A stretch of 64,000 nucleotides of DNA, taken from NCBI GenBank assembly GCA_013287265.1, contig JABDEC010000001.1, positions 74,981 through 138,980 of the forward strand. The letters are read 5' to 3'. Shown piece by piece: positions 30,401 through 39,204 of the stretch; position 1 is the stretch's first letter; every line of letters starts with the position of its first letter. Both the position numbers and the translations under genes were made by a program. This DNA comes from Candidatus Babelota bacterium. GTDB lineage: Bacteria; Babelota; Babeliae; Babelales; JABDEC01. Below the pieces are notes generated by a model, which saw nothing but the letters and a program-made list of their open reading frames with translations, did not search any database and was not told where the DNA came from.

Positions 30401-31814
30401 CTTTCGTTAGATCATACATTCTACGAGAATATAAAATATTTTCTAATCTCGCTAAAACATCCTTAACTGATGCACTTTCGCTTGGCCAAACTTTAGAATG
30501 CAATTCTTTTAATGCATCATCTTGCGAATAAGAAGCATCCTGAGTTAGCGTTAAACTTAAAGTTGGCTGAAACACATAACCAGAAGATACGATTAAAGCA
30601 AATTCTAACTTTTTGAATTTCTTAATTAATTCAAATAATTCAGGAGTAAATAATTGACCTTGCTCCGCTAAAACTTCACCCGTAGTAGGATCAATTAAAT
30701 CTTTTGCTAACACTTTATTGAGTAAATGAGATTTTTGTAAAATTAATTTTTCAATGTCAGATTTTTCAAGCAATTTAATAATGTCTTTAGTGACGCGACT
30801 TCCAACTAAACCGGCAGGAGCATTTTCAGGAAGCATATCAGCATCAAGACGCATACCAAGAATTTTATCATCTACTTTTCTGATAAATTTACCATTTTCT
30901 AGATAAATCTGATCAAAATTATAAAATAAAGGAATAATTTCATCTCTTGGAATTCCTAATGCCTGTAGAAATGTAGTAACTAATAATTTTTTCTTTTTAT
31001 CAATTCTGACATAAAGACAATCATTACTATCAAATTCAAAATCCAACCAAGAACCTCGCATAGGAATAATTCTAGCAAGATAATAAGGTTTTCCCCTAAA
31101 ATCTTTTACTTTTTTACTTTTTGAAAAAACAACACCGGGAGATCTATGCATTTGACTTACGACTACACGATCTACGCCATTAATTAAAAATGTACCTTGA
31201 TTACCAAGTTTTATTTTTCCGCCTTCTTCATAAATGTCTGCCATGACTGGCAAATCAATAAAGAATATGTCCTGCTCTTTAATATCTCTGACTTTTTTTT
31301 CATTCTCAGAAATATCCCAACTTATTAGTTGAACTTTAATTTTCAAAGGCATTGCAAATGTTTGCCCGCTATATTGACATTCTTCCAAGTTCATGGGCAT
31401 TTGAATAGTAACTCTTGATAAACAATTTGAACATGTTTTATAAGATGCTGTTTTCTTATCACAATTTGGACAAGATAAATCTAAACTTAAACGAGAACAA
31501 CCAGACTTTTTACATGAAGAACAACTCCAAGTATATCTATTTGTTATTCCAGTCAATTTACCACAAGTGCAAGCCCAATTACCTAATTCATAACTAACAT
31601 ATTCCAAAGACATTTTATCATATTCAATAGGAAAAATATCTTTCAAAACCTTTTCAAGTCCGATTTCTTTTCGCTCTGAAGGCAAATAATCAAGCTGCAC
31701 AAAATCATTAAATGAAGTTGACTGCACCTCAATTAAATTAGGAACCGGAACTATATCCTTTAGTTTTCCAAAGGATTTGCGAAGAACCTGCTTATTTAAA
31801 CCTAAAGAAGGCAT
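27480..31814 (-). CDS. rpoB: DNA-directed RNA polymerase beta subunit, with a Cys-rich N-terminal insertion
   Basis: Collinear with E. coli RpoB throughout. The start is probably ATG 31814, where GGAG lies 7 nt upstream inside the ORF-track extension. The insertion spans aa 84-146 in ORF-track numbering. Confidence 0.95.
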   Translation of the reverse strand: MPSLGLNKQVLRKSFGKLKDIVPVPNLIEVQSTSFNDFVQLDYLPSERKEIGLEKVLKDIFPIEYDKMSLEYVSYELGNWACTCGKLTGITNRYTWSCSSCKKSGCSRLSLDLSCPNCDKKTASYKTCSNCLSRVTIQMPMNLEECQYSGQTFAMPLKIKVQLISWDISENEKKVRDIKEQDIFFIDLPVMADIYEEGGKIKLGNQGTFLINGVDRVVVSQMHRSPGVVFSKSKKVKDFRGKPYYLARIIPMRGSWLDFEFDSNDCLYVRIDKKKKLLVTTFLQALGIPRDEIIPLFYNFDQIYLENGKFIRKVDDKILGMRLDADMLPENAPAGLVGSRVTKDIIKLLEKSDIEKLILQKSHLLNKVLAKDLIDPTTGEVLAEQGQLFTPELFELIKKFKKLEFALIVSSGYVFQPTLSLTLTQDASYSQDDALKELHSKVWPSESASVKDVLARLENILYSRRMYDLTKVGRVRVNRKLGLDVSDDTTTLTKEDIVATIKYLVNLREKGEGELDDIDHLGNRRVRLVGELLGNQIYLGLSRIERIVRERFRIQEINGTLMPQDLLNVKPLNAVIREFFGTGQLSQFMDQTNPLSEIAHKRRLSALGPGGVLKDRATYEVRDVHTSHYGRICPIETPEGQTIGLISSLATYAMVNDLGFIESAYRPVENGKIKDEVVFLDAFEEQNKFIAQSEAADENFKSLRKDQDIVLARNEGNFLYTDKNKIDFIDLSPKQLVSVAAALIPFLEHDDATRALMGANMQRQAVPLIKCQTPLVGTGMEGEVSKAVSSVNFAKRSGLVEFVSADKITIRADEKEFANTEDWIANGIDVYNLKKFKRSSYDTWIHQRPIVKRGQKVNAGEILTDGPAIENGELALGSNLLVAFMPWNGYNFEDAIVLNKRLVADDTFTSVHIDEYIVEARDTKLGPEEITADIPNVSEHALVGLDEEGIVKIGTRVAPGDILVGKVTLKGDIQYSPEEKLLRAIFGEKAREVRDTSLRVPPGVEGTVIDVKVFSRSGIRKDKRYKDIVNEQTQKIENEYTQNIVIINKMIFEKALELLDGNEPSGKVSQSLIKNKVFDKKKLEELPVKELLEIKLKDAHESAKLAQLKLSFENQLRILETLKEEKINRLKKGDPLPSGVIKMVKVYVASKRVVQVGDKLAGRHGNKGVVSIIVPREDMPYLEDGTQVDIVLNPLGVPSRMNVGQILETILGFAGRKIGQNINQLIEENASYDQIKNLLIKYFGKDLIENIEKNNGKDEILNLARESSKRGIHFASPVFDGALFERDIKPILNDLNLSETGSYWLNDGRTGQRFDQPVTVGSIYIMKLYHMVDDKLHARSVGPYSLVTQQPLGGKAQFGGQRFGEMEVWALEAYGAAYTLQELLTYKSDDVTGRHKVYETIVRGDSDNIPEPGLPESFSVMVKELQSLALQVDLFKGSREEVGD

Positions 31815-31885
31815 TGAGCTGCTCCCCATGAATCAAATTCACTGTTCGTTTTAGTTGTTTATCTTATAGACTCTTGGCTCAAAAA

Positions 31886-32281
31886 TTATGAAAGTTTTAC
31901 TTTTGCACCCGATGCTTCTAAAGCCTCTTTAATTTTTTGTGCATCATCTTTAGATGCTGCTTCAGCAATAACCGCAGGTGTATTTTCAACCATATTTTTT
32001 GCATCAGTTAATGATAAAGGTGTTACTTTGCGAATAGCTTTAATAACATCAATTTTTTTATCACCTGATGATTCTAACGTAACCTTAAATTCTGTTTTTT
32101 CTTCAGCTTTAGCTCCCGCTGCTGCTCCAGATGATGCAACAGGTGCGGCTGCCGCAGGCATAGCAAATGATGCTGCTGAAACACCAAATTTAGTTTCAAG
32201 AGCCTTTACTAACTCTGCTAATTCTAATACTGACATGTTACCGATACTGTCTATGATATTTTCATAGTTTTTAGCTGCCAT
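31886..32281 (-). CDS. rplL: 50S ribosomal protein L7/L12
   Basis: Ala-rich hinge and the conserved C-terminal domain (KI.VIK..R......L.EAK). Confidence 0.95.
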   Translation of the reverse strand: MAAKNYENIIDSIGNMSVLELAELVKALETKFGVSAASFAMPAAAAPVASSGAAAGAKAEEKTEFKVTLESSGDKKIDVIKAIRKVTPLSLTDAKNMVENTPAVIAEAASKDDAQKIKEALEASGAKVKLS

Positions 32282-32342
32282 AGCTTCTCCAAAACAATTA
32301 ATTAAACTGACAAAAAATTTCCAAAATACAAATGCTTATTAC

Positions 32343-32858
32343 TTAACTCTTTTTTTCTGAAGCTTGTTTTAAAACCAATAATAACTGTGTTAATGGCATA
32401 TTTAGCACATTTGCAAGTCTAGTTATTGGAGATTTTAATGTTCCGCATAATTGAGCAAGTAGTACTTCTCTGGAAGGCAATGTCGCCATAAATTCAAGAG
32501 AGTCACTACCAACCAATCTAGATTCTACACATCCAGCAATGACTTTAAAATTTTCATTTGATTTAGAAAAATCATATAAAATTTTTGCTGCAGATGTTAT
32601 ATCTTTTGAAAATACAATCCCTAATTGATCTTTCAATAAACCTGACAAATCTTCTGAACATTCAGAATCTTTTATAGCAAGTTTTACTAAACGGTTTTTT
32701 GCAACCTTAAGCTTACCACCTTTGTACCTTAAATCTTTACGAAGTTCCTGAATTTTTGAAACAGGCATTCCTTTTAAAATAACTAAAAATGATGCCTTAT
32801 TATCAATAAAATCCTTTTTAAGTGTATTTACTAATAATTCTTTTTGTTCACGATTCAT
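32343..32858 (-). CDS. rplJ: 50S ribosomal protein L10
   Basis: Position between rplA and rplL, and L10-like sequence. Confidence 0.9.
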   Translation of the reverse strand: MNREQKELLVNTLKKDFIDNKASFLVILKGMPVSKIQELRKDLRYKGGKLKVAKNRLVKLAIKDSECSEDLSGLLKDQLGIVFSKDITSAAKILYDFSKSNENFKVIAGCVESRLVGSDSLEFMATLPSREVLLAQLCGTLKSPITRLANVLNMPLTQLLLVLKQASEKKS

Positions 32859-32861
32859 TTT

Positions 32862-33560
32862 TTATACCTTTAAAACTTCATCAAGATTTATTTGAATTCC
32901 AGGTCCCATTGTAGAAGAAACAGTTAATTTCTTTATATATTGTCCTTTAGCAGAAACCGGCTTTGATGCAAGTAAAGCTTTTATAAAAGCAATAAAATTA
33001 TCATTTAATTTATCTACATCAAACGAAACTTTTCCAATGGAAAAGTTAATTATTCCCTGCTTATTATTTTTATAAAAAGCGCGACCCTTTTTTAATTCCA
33101 TCACAATATTTTCCACGTCAAATGTTACTGTTCCTGCTTTAACGTTGGGCAAAAGTCCTTTAGGTCCTAAAATTTTAGCTAATTTTCCGACAGGCCCCAT
33201 CATATCAGGCGTAGCAACTACATAATCAAAATCAATCCAACCAGTAGATATTTTATCTACCAAGTCATTTGCACCTACATAATCAGCGCCAGCTTTAGTT
33301 GCCTTGTCAGCATAATCACCTTTTGCAAATACCAACACTTTCACAGTTCTTCCAGTACCAAAAGGTAATACTACTGATCCTTTAACTGATTGTTCCGGCT
33401 TTGATGAATCAATTCCAAGATTTATATGAACATCTACTGATTCATCAAATTTTGCATATGAAAGTTCTTTTACTTTCGATAAGCCACTTTTAATAGGAAA
33501 AAACTCAACTCCCTTAAGAGCTTCAGTAGCTTTTTCAAATTTTTTACCATGTGTTGCCAT
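32862..33560 (-). CDS. rplA: 50S ribosomal protein L1
   Basis: L1 motifs (FDESVD, LPHGTG-like LPFGTGR, PDMMG.VG.LG..LGP.GLMP). Confidence 0.95.
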   Translation of the reverse strand: MATHGKKFEKATEALKGVEFFPIKSGLSKVKELSYAKFDESVDVHINLGIDSSKPEQSVKGSVVLPFGTGRTVKVLVFAKGDYADKATKAGADYVGANDLVDKISTGWIDFDYVVATPDMMGPVGKLAKILGPKGLLPNVKAGTVTFDVENIVMELKKGRAFYKNNKQGIINFSIGKVSFDVDKLNDNFIAFIKALLASKPVSAKGQYIKKLTVSSTMGPGIQINLDEVLKV

Positions 33561-33580
33561 AACTAAAAATCCCCAGTAAA

Positions 33581-34003
33581 TTATTCTATTTCAATACCCA
33601 TACTACGAGCAGTACCAGCAACAATTTTTTTAGCTTGTTCTAAATCAGTTGCATTTAGGTCAGGTAATTTAATTTTTGCAATATCTTCTACGTCTTTCCA
33701 CTGCAATTTTCCAACTTTGTCAGTTTTTGGTTTTGATGAACCTTTTGCAACATTTGCTTTCTTTTTTATTAATTCAGACACATAAGGTGATTTAATTACA
33801 AAATTAAATGATTTATCCACATAAACTGTTATAACAACAGGAACTATTTCACCCTTTTTATTAGAAGTTGCTGCATTAAATTGTTTACAAAATTCCATTA
33901 AATTAACACCGTGTTGACCCAATGAAGAACCAACTGGAGGTGCTGGAGTAGCAGATCCGCCTGGAATCTGTAGTTTGATTAATGCTTTTACTGGTTTAGC
34001 CAT
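33581..34003 (-). CDS. rplK: 50S ribosomal protein L11
   Basis: Matches [29 protein letters not shown]. Confidence 0.95.
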   Translation of the reverse strand: MAKPVKALIKLQIPGGSATPAPPVGSSLGQHGVNLMEFCKQFNAATSNKKGEIVPVVITVYVDKSFNFVIKSPYVSELIKKKANVAKGSSKPKTDKVGKLQWKDVEDIAKIKLPDLNATDLEQAKKIVAGTARSMGIEIE

Positions 34004-34018
34004 ATTAAATTTATACCT

Positions 34019-34537
34019 TTATCTTTTAACTTGCTCAAAACTTAATTCTACAGGAGTAAGTCTTCCAAAAATACTCACCATTACTGTTAATTTTTCAGCA
34101 TCCTTATCAACTTTATCGATTATTCCAACAAAACCAGCAAATGGACCATCGCTAATTTCGACTTCCGAGTTCTCATTAAACTCAGGTTTAGCAGAAGTAA
34201 CTACAACTTCGCCTTTCATGCTTGAAATAATTTTTTCAATTTCTTTTTTTGAAAGTGGAGCTGGCTCCTTACCTCCAAGAAATTTTAAAACTCTAGGAGA
34301 TGAAGTAACTAATCGTAATGTTTCAGGAATTGATTCCATTTCAATTAAAACATAACCGGGAAATAATTTTTGATCTTTTGATTCGGTAGCAGTAAAAAAT
34401 TCTTTAAGTTTAGCGGATGGTATAAGAATATCCCCAAACTTTTCTTCTAAATTACCTTGTTTAATTTTCATATTTAAATCAGATCTAACCTGGTCTTCAT
34501 AACCTGCATAGACCTGAATAACATACCATCGCTTCAT
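34019..34537 (-). CDS. nusG: Transcription termination/antitermination factor NusG
   Basis: NGN domain (WYV.Q.Y.G.E) plus a KOW motif (GPF.GF.G.I). Confidence 0.9.
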   Translation of the reverse strand: MKRWYVIQVYAGYEDQVRSDLNMKIKQGNLEEKFGDILIPSAKLKEFFTATESKDQKLFPGYVLIEMESIPETLRLVTSSPRVLKFLGGKEPAPLSKKEIEKIISSMKGEVVVTSAKPEFNENSEVEISDGPFAGFVGIIDKVDKDAEKLTVMVSIFGRLTPVELSFEQVKR

Positions 34538-34562
34538 AGATTTCTAAACCTTGTATACACTA

Positions 34563-34751
34563 TTACATCCCTAAAAAAACATTTCTTGCTAACCAAGCGA
34601 ATCCAAAATCAATAAAACCTAAATAAATAGAAAAAAGAGTTATTATAATTAGTACAACAATAGTAGATCCAATAAATTCATTAAACCCCGGCCAAACAAT
34701 CTTTGTAAGCTCTATTTTTACTTCTTTAAAGAATTGACCTATATTTTTCAT
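34563..34751 (-). CDS. secE: Preprotein translocase subunit SecE
   Basis: Matches F.KEVK.EL.K..WP followed by a single TM segment. The start was taken at ATG 34751; the ORF-track start at 34769 is also possible. Confidence 0.85.
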   Translation of the reverse strand: MKNIGQFFKEVKIELTKIVWPGFNEFIGSTIVVLIIITLFSIYLGFIDFGFAWLARNVFLGM

Positions 34752-34804
34752 TCCATTACCTAAATGCATTTAACTACCATCAATTTTATTTTTTAACATC
34801 TAAA

Positions 34805-34881
34805 TGGCAGGCCAGGAGGGATTCGAACCCCCAACCCGCAGATTTGGAGTCTGCCGCTCTACCAATTCGAGCTACTGGCCT
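34805..34881 (-). tRNA. tRNA-Trp (CCA), CCA end encoded
   Basis: Hand-folded. Anticodon arm is GCAGA-CTCCAAA-TCTGC and the T-loop is TTCGAAT. Confidence 0.9.
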
Positions 34882-34886
34882 TCAAA

Positions 34887-35045
34887 CTACTTAGTCTCCT
34901 TGTGCGCCTGATGCTTGCGGCAACGCGAACAAAATTTACTTAATTTTAAAGAACCAGCAGATCTTTTTTTTGATACAACCTGAGTATAATTACGCTCTTT
35001 GCATTCTTCGCACATTAAATGTGTAGTTACACGATTTTTAGCCAT
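34887..35045 (-). CDS. rpmG: 50S ribosomal protein L33
   Basis: 52-aa ORF below the track cutoff. Own translation: MAKNRVTTHLMCEECKERNYTQVVSKKRSAGSLKLSKFCSRCRKHQAHKETK. It has the CxxC...CxxC pattern of L33 and the canonical position before tRNA-Trp/secE. Confidence 0.9.
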   Translation of the reverse strand: MAKNRVTTHLMCEECKERNYTQVVSKKRSAGSLKLSKFCSRCRKHQAHKETK

Positions 35046-35082
35046 AAATAATTTTTACCTTGTTTACTATCATTGATGAAAC

Positions 35083-35158
<76 letters not shown>

Positions 35159-35264
35159 AAAAAGCCTAATTTCGTAAACATCATTAATAATAGGATAAAG
35201 AAAAAAAAGAAAAAAACAACTTTAGAATACTAAAAATTTTAACTTTTAATTCCATTTAAAATAT

Positions 35265-35340
35265 TGGAGCTGGCGACTGGACTTGAACCAGTGACCTGCT
35301 GATTACAAATCAGCTGCTCTACCAACTGAGCTACGCCAGC
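35265..35340 (-). tRNA. tRNA-Thr (UGU), CCA encoded
   Basis: Hand-folded. Anticodon arm is GCTGA-TTTGTAA-TCAGC. Confidence 0.85.
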
Positions 35341-35375
35341 ATAATTTCAATAAATTTTTTCAATTTTTTCAATTT

Positions 35376-35451
35376 TGGAGCGGGAAACGGGGCTCGAACC
35401 CGCAACCTACAGCTTGGAAGGCTGTCGCTCTACCAATTGAGCTATTCCCGC
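35376..35451 (-). tRNA. tRNA-Gly (UCC), CCA encoded
   Basis: Hand-folded. Anticodon arm is ACAGC-CTTCCAA-GCTGT. Confidence 0.9.
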
Positions 35452-35482
35452 TTTGAATTTCAAATTAATTTATGCCCAATTT

Positions 35483-35520
35483 GAGCGACTTTTTATTCGA
35501 AAAAATATTGTACGTCTACG
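35483..35520. repeat. Degenerate copy of the GC-hairpin repeat family
   Basis: gagcgactttttattcgaaaaaatattgtacg aligns with the right arm of the 2160-2336 element (gagtgatttttcgtaggaaaaattgtatcg). An inner TTTTT/AAAAA hairpin is retained. Confidence 0.4.
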
Positions 35521-35647
35521 TTTTACAAATTTATTTTAATTTCTTCGTACATCAACTTTGCTCGGACAGTCCTCGCATTTTTCACAAAATCTATTTCTAC
35601 TGCTTCATAACTGGCCGTGCCCAGACGAAGCCCGTTAGGGCAAAGAC

Positions 35648-35732
35648 TGGTGGCGAGAGCAGGATTCGAACCTGCGAAGGTAGAACCAACGGATTTACAG
35701 TCCGTCCCCTTTGACCGCTCGGGAATCTCGCC
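35648..35732 (-). tRNA. tRNA-Tyr (GUA), long variable arm, CCA encoded
   Basis: Hand-folded. Anticodon arm is ACGGA-CTGTAAA-TCCGT. At 85 nt it has a class II variable arm. Confidence 0.9.
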
Positions 35733-35736
35733 AATA

Positions 35737-35765
35737 ATTTCAAACTATTTCTCAAATATTGTCAA
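35737..35765 (-). promoter_or_regulatory. Candidate promoter of the tRNA-rpmG-secE-nusG-rpl-rpo transcription unit
   Basis: On the - strand: TTGACA (35765-35760), a 17-nt spacer, TGAAAT (35742-35737), then 4 nt to the tRNA-Tyr 5' end. Confidence 0.4.
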
Positions 35766-35893
35766 TATAGAATATTGTTTTTTAAATGATTTTTCAACTT
35801 AAAAATTAAAAAAATAAAAAAAAGATTTAGTTTTTTATAAATTCTGACAGATTTAATGTAAATTATGAATTAAATTTAAATATAACAATGAGC

Positions 35894-37219
35894 TCAATTT
35901 AGAAAGCTATATGAACTAAAAATATCTTTTTGAACATCTTCATTGAAATTTTCTTTTATTTGTTTAATTAAAAAATCTTTATTTATTTTAATAAAAGATA
36001 TAATTTCAGGATTATCAGGATTATTTAATTGACTATTTAAGGTTCTTAATAGTTGAAGAATTCGTAATCTATTTTCAATAATTTTCTCTAAATATTTGAA
36101 TTTATTAAATATATTTTTCTGAATTTTTTCGTCAAAATTTTTCAAGACAAAATCAATAATTTGATTTTTAGTTTTATTTGATGTTTCATCAACTTTTTTA
36201 TCTTTTTCCAATTCATTTAATTTATAAAGTAAAAATATTTGATCATCACTATATTTTTTTAAATCATTAATCGAAAAATTATAAATATAATAATTTGAAC
36301 TTTGATCAAGTGCAATAATTCTAAAATCTGATTCCCCTTTAAAGCGAATAAATCCAATTTTTTCTTTATCATTTAAAACTTTTGTTTCAAATTTTTTAGT
36401 CCAAAGGTTATTAATTTTTTCATAAAGAATTATGTTACCTTTCTCATCTGCAGCTATAACTTTGTTACCCTGAGAATTAATAGCTAAATTTCGAACATCC
36501 AAGTTTTGTTCGACTTTGACTTCACTGTCAATTTTTTGAAATACATATTTTGTTCTTGGTCCAGGCATCATTCTTGTTCCGGAACTCGTTCTGGTTTTCG
36601 GTAATTGCAAAAACTCATATTGTCTTTCTAAAGAAGGTGAATTTTTTCCTGAGTTAGGTGATTGTCTACCCGATGGTGGCGATTCAGTTCCAGAGAAAGG
36701 TTGTTTCAGACCTGATGGTACTGCTACATAAGGACTACCTTTTTCAGTCTCAACTAATTGATAAAAATTAATTTTTTTCGTATCAGGATTATAAATTATA
36801 AAATATTCACCCGAGTTAGATAATGAAAAAATATTGGAATTAAATTGAATGAATAATGTTGACTGACTCACCCCATTTATAAAAATTTTAAAAGTTGGCT
36901 TATATCCCTGATATCTTGGCGTTTGCCATTCAACTCTAATATCACCTGCATAAGCAAAAGTGTTTTTACTTTGAATAAGTGTGATCAATTCAGCAATATC
37001 ACTCTTAGCTTTAATTTCTTCAACTGAATTCAGTTGCATTCCTCCACCTAAAATGCCACTTATCCATAAATTATTTTTTAACACTTCAGATCTATTAAAA
37101 TTACCAGGCTTTATTAATTCTAGGGGCAAATGCATAGATTCAGTGATTTGCATTTGCATCGAATTTATTGAACAAAAAAAAGGGATATTTATTAATAATA
37201 AAAATATTTTAAATTTCAT
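35894..37219 (-). CDS. Hypothetical secreted protein with a Ser/Pro-rich linker
   Basis: Signal peptide, an SPPSGRQSPNSGKNSPS low-complexity tract, and a helical Lys/Asn-rich C-terminus. Confidence 0.5.
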   Translation of the reverse strand: MKFKIFLLLINIPFFCSINSMQMQITESMHLPLELIKPGNFNRSEVLKNNLWISGILGGGMQLNSVEEIKAKSDIAELITLIQSKNTFAYAGDIRVEWQTPRYQGYKPTFKIFINGVSQSTLFIQFNSNIFSLSNSGEYFIIYNPDTKKINFYQLVETEKGSPYVAVPSGLKQPFSGTESPPSGRQSPNSGKNSPSLERQYEFLQLPKTRTSSGTRMMPGPRTKYVFQKIDSEVKVEQNLDVRNLAINSQGNKVIAADEKGNIILYEKINNLWTKKFETKVLNDKEKIGFIRFKGESDFRIIALDQSSNYYIYNFSINDLKKYSDDQIFLLYKLNELEKDKKVDETSNKTKNQIIDFVLKNFDEKIQKNIFNKFKYLEKIIENRLRILQLLRTLNSQLNNPDNPEIISFIKINKDFLIKQIKENFNEDVQKDIFSSYSFLN

Positions 37220-37559
37220 TTAATCTCCTACCATTTGCCCTAAAATTTAAGATTTTTTTAACCTCAAGGCAAAAATTACTATCAAGATTGTTAATTTTTT
37301 GCCTCATATCAGAAACAGAAAGAACTATATCCTGATCAAAAGCATTATTTTCAAGGTTTTTTACTAACTGATTTGCAATAATTTTTGCAAATAACAAATC
37401 TGAAACATTTTTCAGGTCTTTTAATTCATTACAATATTTCTCTGATGTATTGATTATATCATTAAAAGCTTCATTTTTTAAGTAACAAGTATCAGAAAAA
37501 TTCCTTACAGTAGTTAGAAATATATAAATATAGATTAAAATGATAATGATTTTCTTCAT
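37209..37559 (-). CDS. Small hypothetical secreted protein
   Basis: Signal peptide MKKIIIILIYIYIFLTTV. Confidence 0.45.
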   Translation of the reverse strand: MKKIIIILIYIYIFLTTVRNFSDTCYLKNEAFNDIINTSEKYCNELKDLKNVSDLLFAKIIANQLVKNLENNAFDQDIVLSVSDMRQKINNLDSNFCLEVKKILNFRANGRRLNEI

Positions 37560-37686
37560 ATAAACAATTAATTTAATACAGAAACCAACTTTTTATTTAA
37601 TATTTATATTACTATTTGAAATATTAATTTAACAAGAATTTAATTATTTTTTAGAGATTTTTATGGATTTGATTGTCTTTTTTTGA

Positions 37687-38415
37687 TTAGATTAACGCTC
37701 TAAGAATGCCCAAACCTAATTGAACTGCACTTTGAGCTCTTAAAATTGTGGAAGTTAAGCGATAAAAGTTAAATCCGGCATTTTTAATTAAAAGTTTTTC
37801 TTCAGGATCTAAATCAGCTTCAGGTCCAAAAAATATCAAAATTTCAGATGTTTTTTTGCTTTCACGGTCTTTTATGAACGGCATCAATTCTTCGCCCTTT
37901 GAATCAAAAAAAAGTTTATTTCCAATATTTTTTGACTCGGCAATCAAATCATTTAAAGAAATAGGAGATTTTAAAGTAGGAAAATTGTAATTTTTAGATT
38001 GTTCTGCTGCTGAAATTATTATATTTTCTAACCTTTCCCGATCTTTATCTTGCCATTTAGATTGGGCCTTTTTACTCCAGACGGGTTGAATTATATTCGC
38101 ACCAAATTCACAGGCATAATAAATTGCTTCCTGAAATGCTTCTTTTTTTAGAAGGCTTATACACAAAGTAATTGATGGCTTTAATTCAATATTTACTATC
38201 TTTTTTAAAATAATGATTTTGATAGATCGCTTTGAAATCTCCAATATTTTGCATGAATAATGAAAATTCTTATTAAAAAGGACCAAATTTTCATTAATAT
38301 TTAATCGTAATACTCTTACAATTCTGTGATAAATCTTATCTTGCGATATTTCAAATATTTGATTTTCAACAAAATTCAAATCAAGAAAAATTGAAAATTC
38401 ATGTGAATTGTTCAT
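37687..38415 (-). CDS. rsmE: 16S rRNA (uracil1498-N3)-methyltransferase RsmE
   Basis: PUA-like N-terminus (H..RVLRL) and a SPOUT C-terminus (FGPE...L....ILR...A). Confidence 0.75.
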   Translation of the reverse strand: MNNSHEFSIFLDLNFVENQIFEISQDKIYHRIVRVLRLNINENLVLFNKNFHYSCKILEISKRSIKIIILKKIVNIELKPSITLCISLLKKEAFQEAIYYACEFGANIIQPVWSKKAQSKWQDKDRERLENIIISAAEQSKNYNFPTLKSPISLNDLIAESKNIGNKLFFDSKGEELMPFIKDRESKKTSEILIFFGPEADLDPEEKLLIKNAGFNFYRLTSTILRAQSAVQLGLGILRALI

Positions 38416-38416
38416 T

Positions 38417-38731
38417 CTAATTCTTAAAACAATTACAGAAATAATTATAAGAAACTGAGAGTTTACTTTTCAATTCAATATATCTTAACAATAAATAAAT
38501 ACCTATTTTGCTGCAGAATAATTCAAATTCAGTTGGTTCATTTGACTCTTTATGAACATATTTATTTGGATTAAATTCTTCAGTGAATTTATCAATTTCA
38601 TCAGCTTCTTCTGTGGTTGATGTATTACTCACCTGAACATCTTTAAAAAGTCTTTGCAATTTAATATTTTCATCAGAAAAAATTAAATAAGAAAAAAATA
38701 AAGAAAATAAAAAAATCTTTTTTAAAATCAT
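38417..38731 (-). CDS. Small hypothetical secreted/membrane protein
   Basis: Signal peptide and a C-terminal hydrophobic segment. Confidence 0.45.
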   Translation of the reverse strand: MILKKIFLFSLFFSYLIFSDENIKLQRLFKDVQVSNTSTTEEADEIDKFTEEFNPNKYVHKESNEPTEFELFCSKIGIYLLLRYIELKSKLSVSYNYFCNCFKN

Positions 38732-38846
38732 AAAATCCTTATTTTTAATTTCTTTTAGATAACGTTATTTTAACATTATTAGGGTAAAAGATCAAAAATG
38801 CAGGATTTAAAGCTTATTCAGAAGACTTCCATTAAAAAATTGAGAT

Positions 38847-39176
38847 TCAATTAGAACTAATTTGTTCTACTGAGCATAGATTTGGATTAAATTTTATTAA
38901 ATATGTGCAGCCAGTTAAAGCCTTAAATTTAATTTTTTTACTTCCTTGTTCCACTGAACAATCCAACTCATCATTCTTTGGATTCCAAAAGTATAATCCT
39001 CGATCTAATTGTAATATTTTAGGATGCACAACAGCATCAACTTCATGCTTTGTAAATTCAGCAATGGTCAGTACCACCGGCTGTAAACTATCAATTTGAA
39101 AATCAATTCTTTTTTTATTAAATCCAAAAATATTTAATGAAATTAATGAAAATACAATAAATAATTTTTTTTTCAT
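38847..39176 (-). CDS. Small hypothetical secreted protein
   Basis: Signal peptide MKKKLFIVFSLISLNIFG. Confidence 0.45.
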   Translation of the reverse strand: MKKKLFIVFSLISLNIFGFNKKRIDFQIDSLQPVVLTIAEFTKHEVDAVVHPKILQLDRGLYFWNPKNDELDCSVEQGSKKIKFKALTGCTYLIKFNPNLCSVEQISSN

Positions 39177-39204
39177 GAATATTTCCTGTTGATTTGTTAC
39201 TGTT

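Noticed and set aside
25197-31597. + strand ORFs 25197-25394, 29089-29277, 30349-30531 and 31415-31597
   Set aside because: They are antisense shadows inside rpoC and rpoB.
31815-31829. ORF-track start of rpoB at ATG 31829 (MGSSS...)
   Set aside because: This ATG is itself part of ATGGGGAG, which provides GGAG 7 nt upstream of ATG 31814 (MPSLGLNK...). The downstream start is more plausible.
32859-34018. L10 and L11/L1 autoregulatory leader RNAs
   Set aside because: The nusG-rplK, rplK-rplA and rplA-rplJ gaps are only 15, 20 and 3 nt, leaving no room for the known leader structures.
32028-34355. + strand ORFs 32028-32267 and 33975-34355
   Set aside because: They are antisense to rplL and to rplK/nusG. 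The Ala-rich reverse translation is typical of shadow ORFs.
35472-35802. Two + strand ORFs (35472-35714 and 35617-35802)
   Set aside because: They run antisense through tRNA-Tyr and the tRNA spacer. Their GC-rich, Arg-rich translations are by-products of the tRNA sequence.
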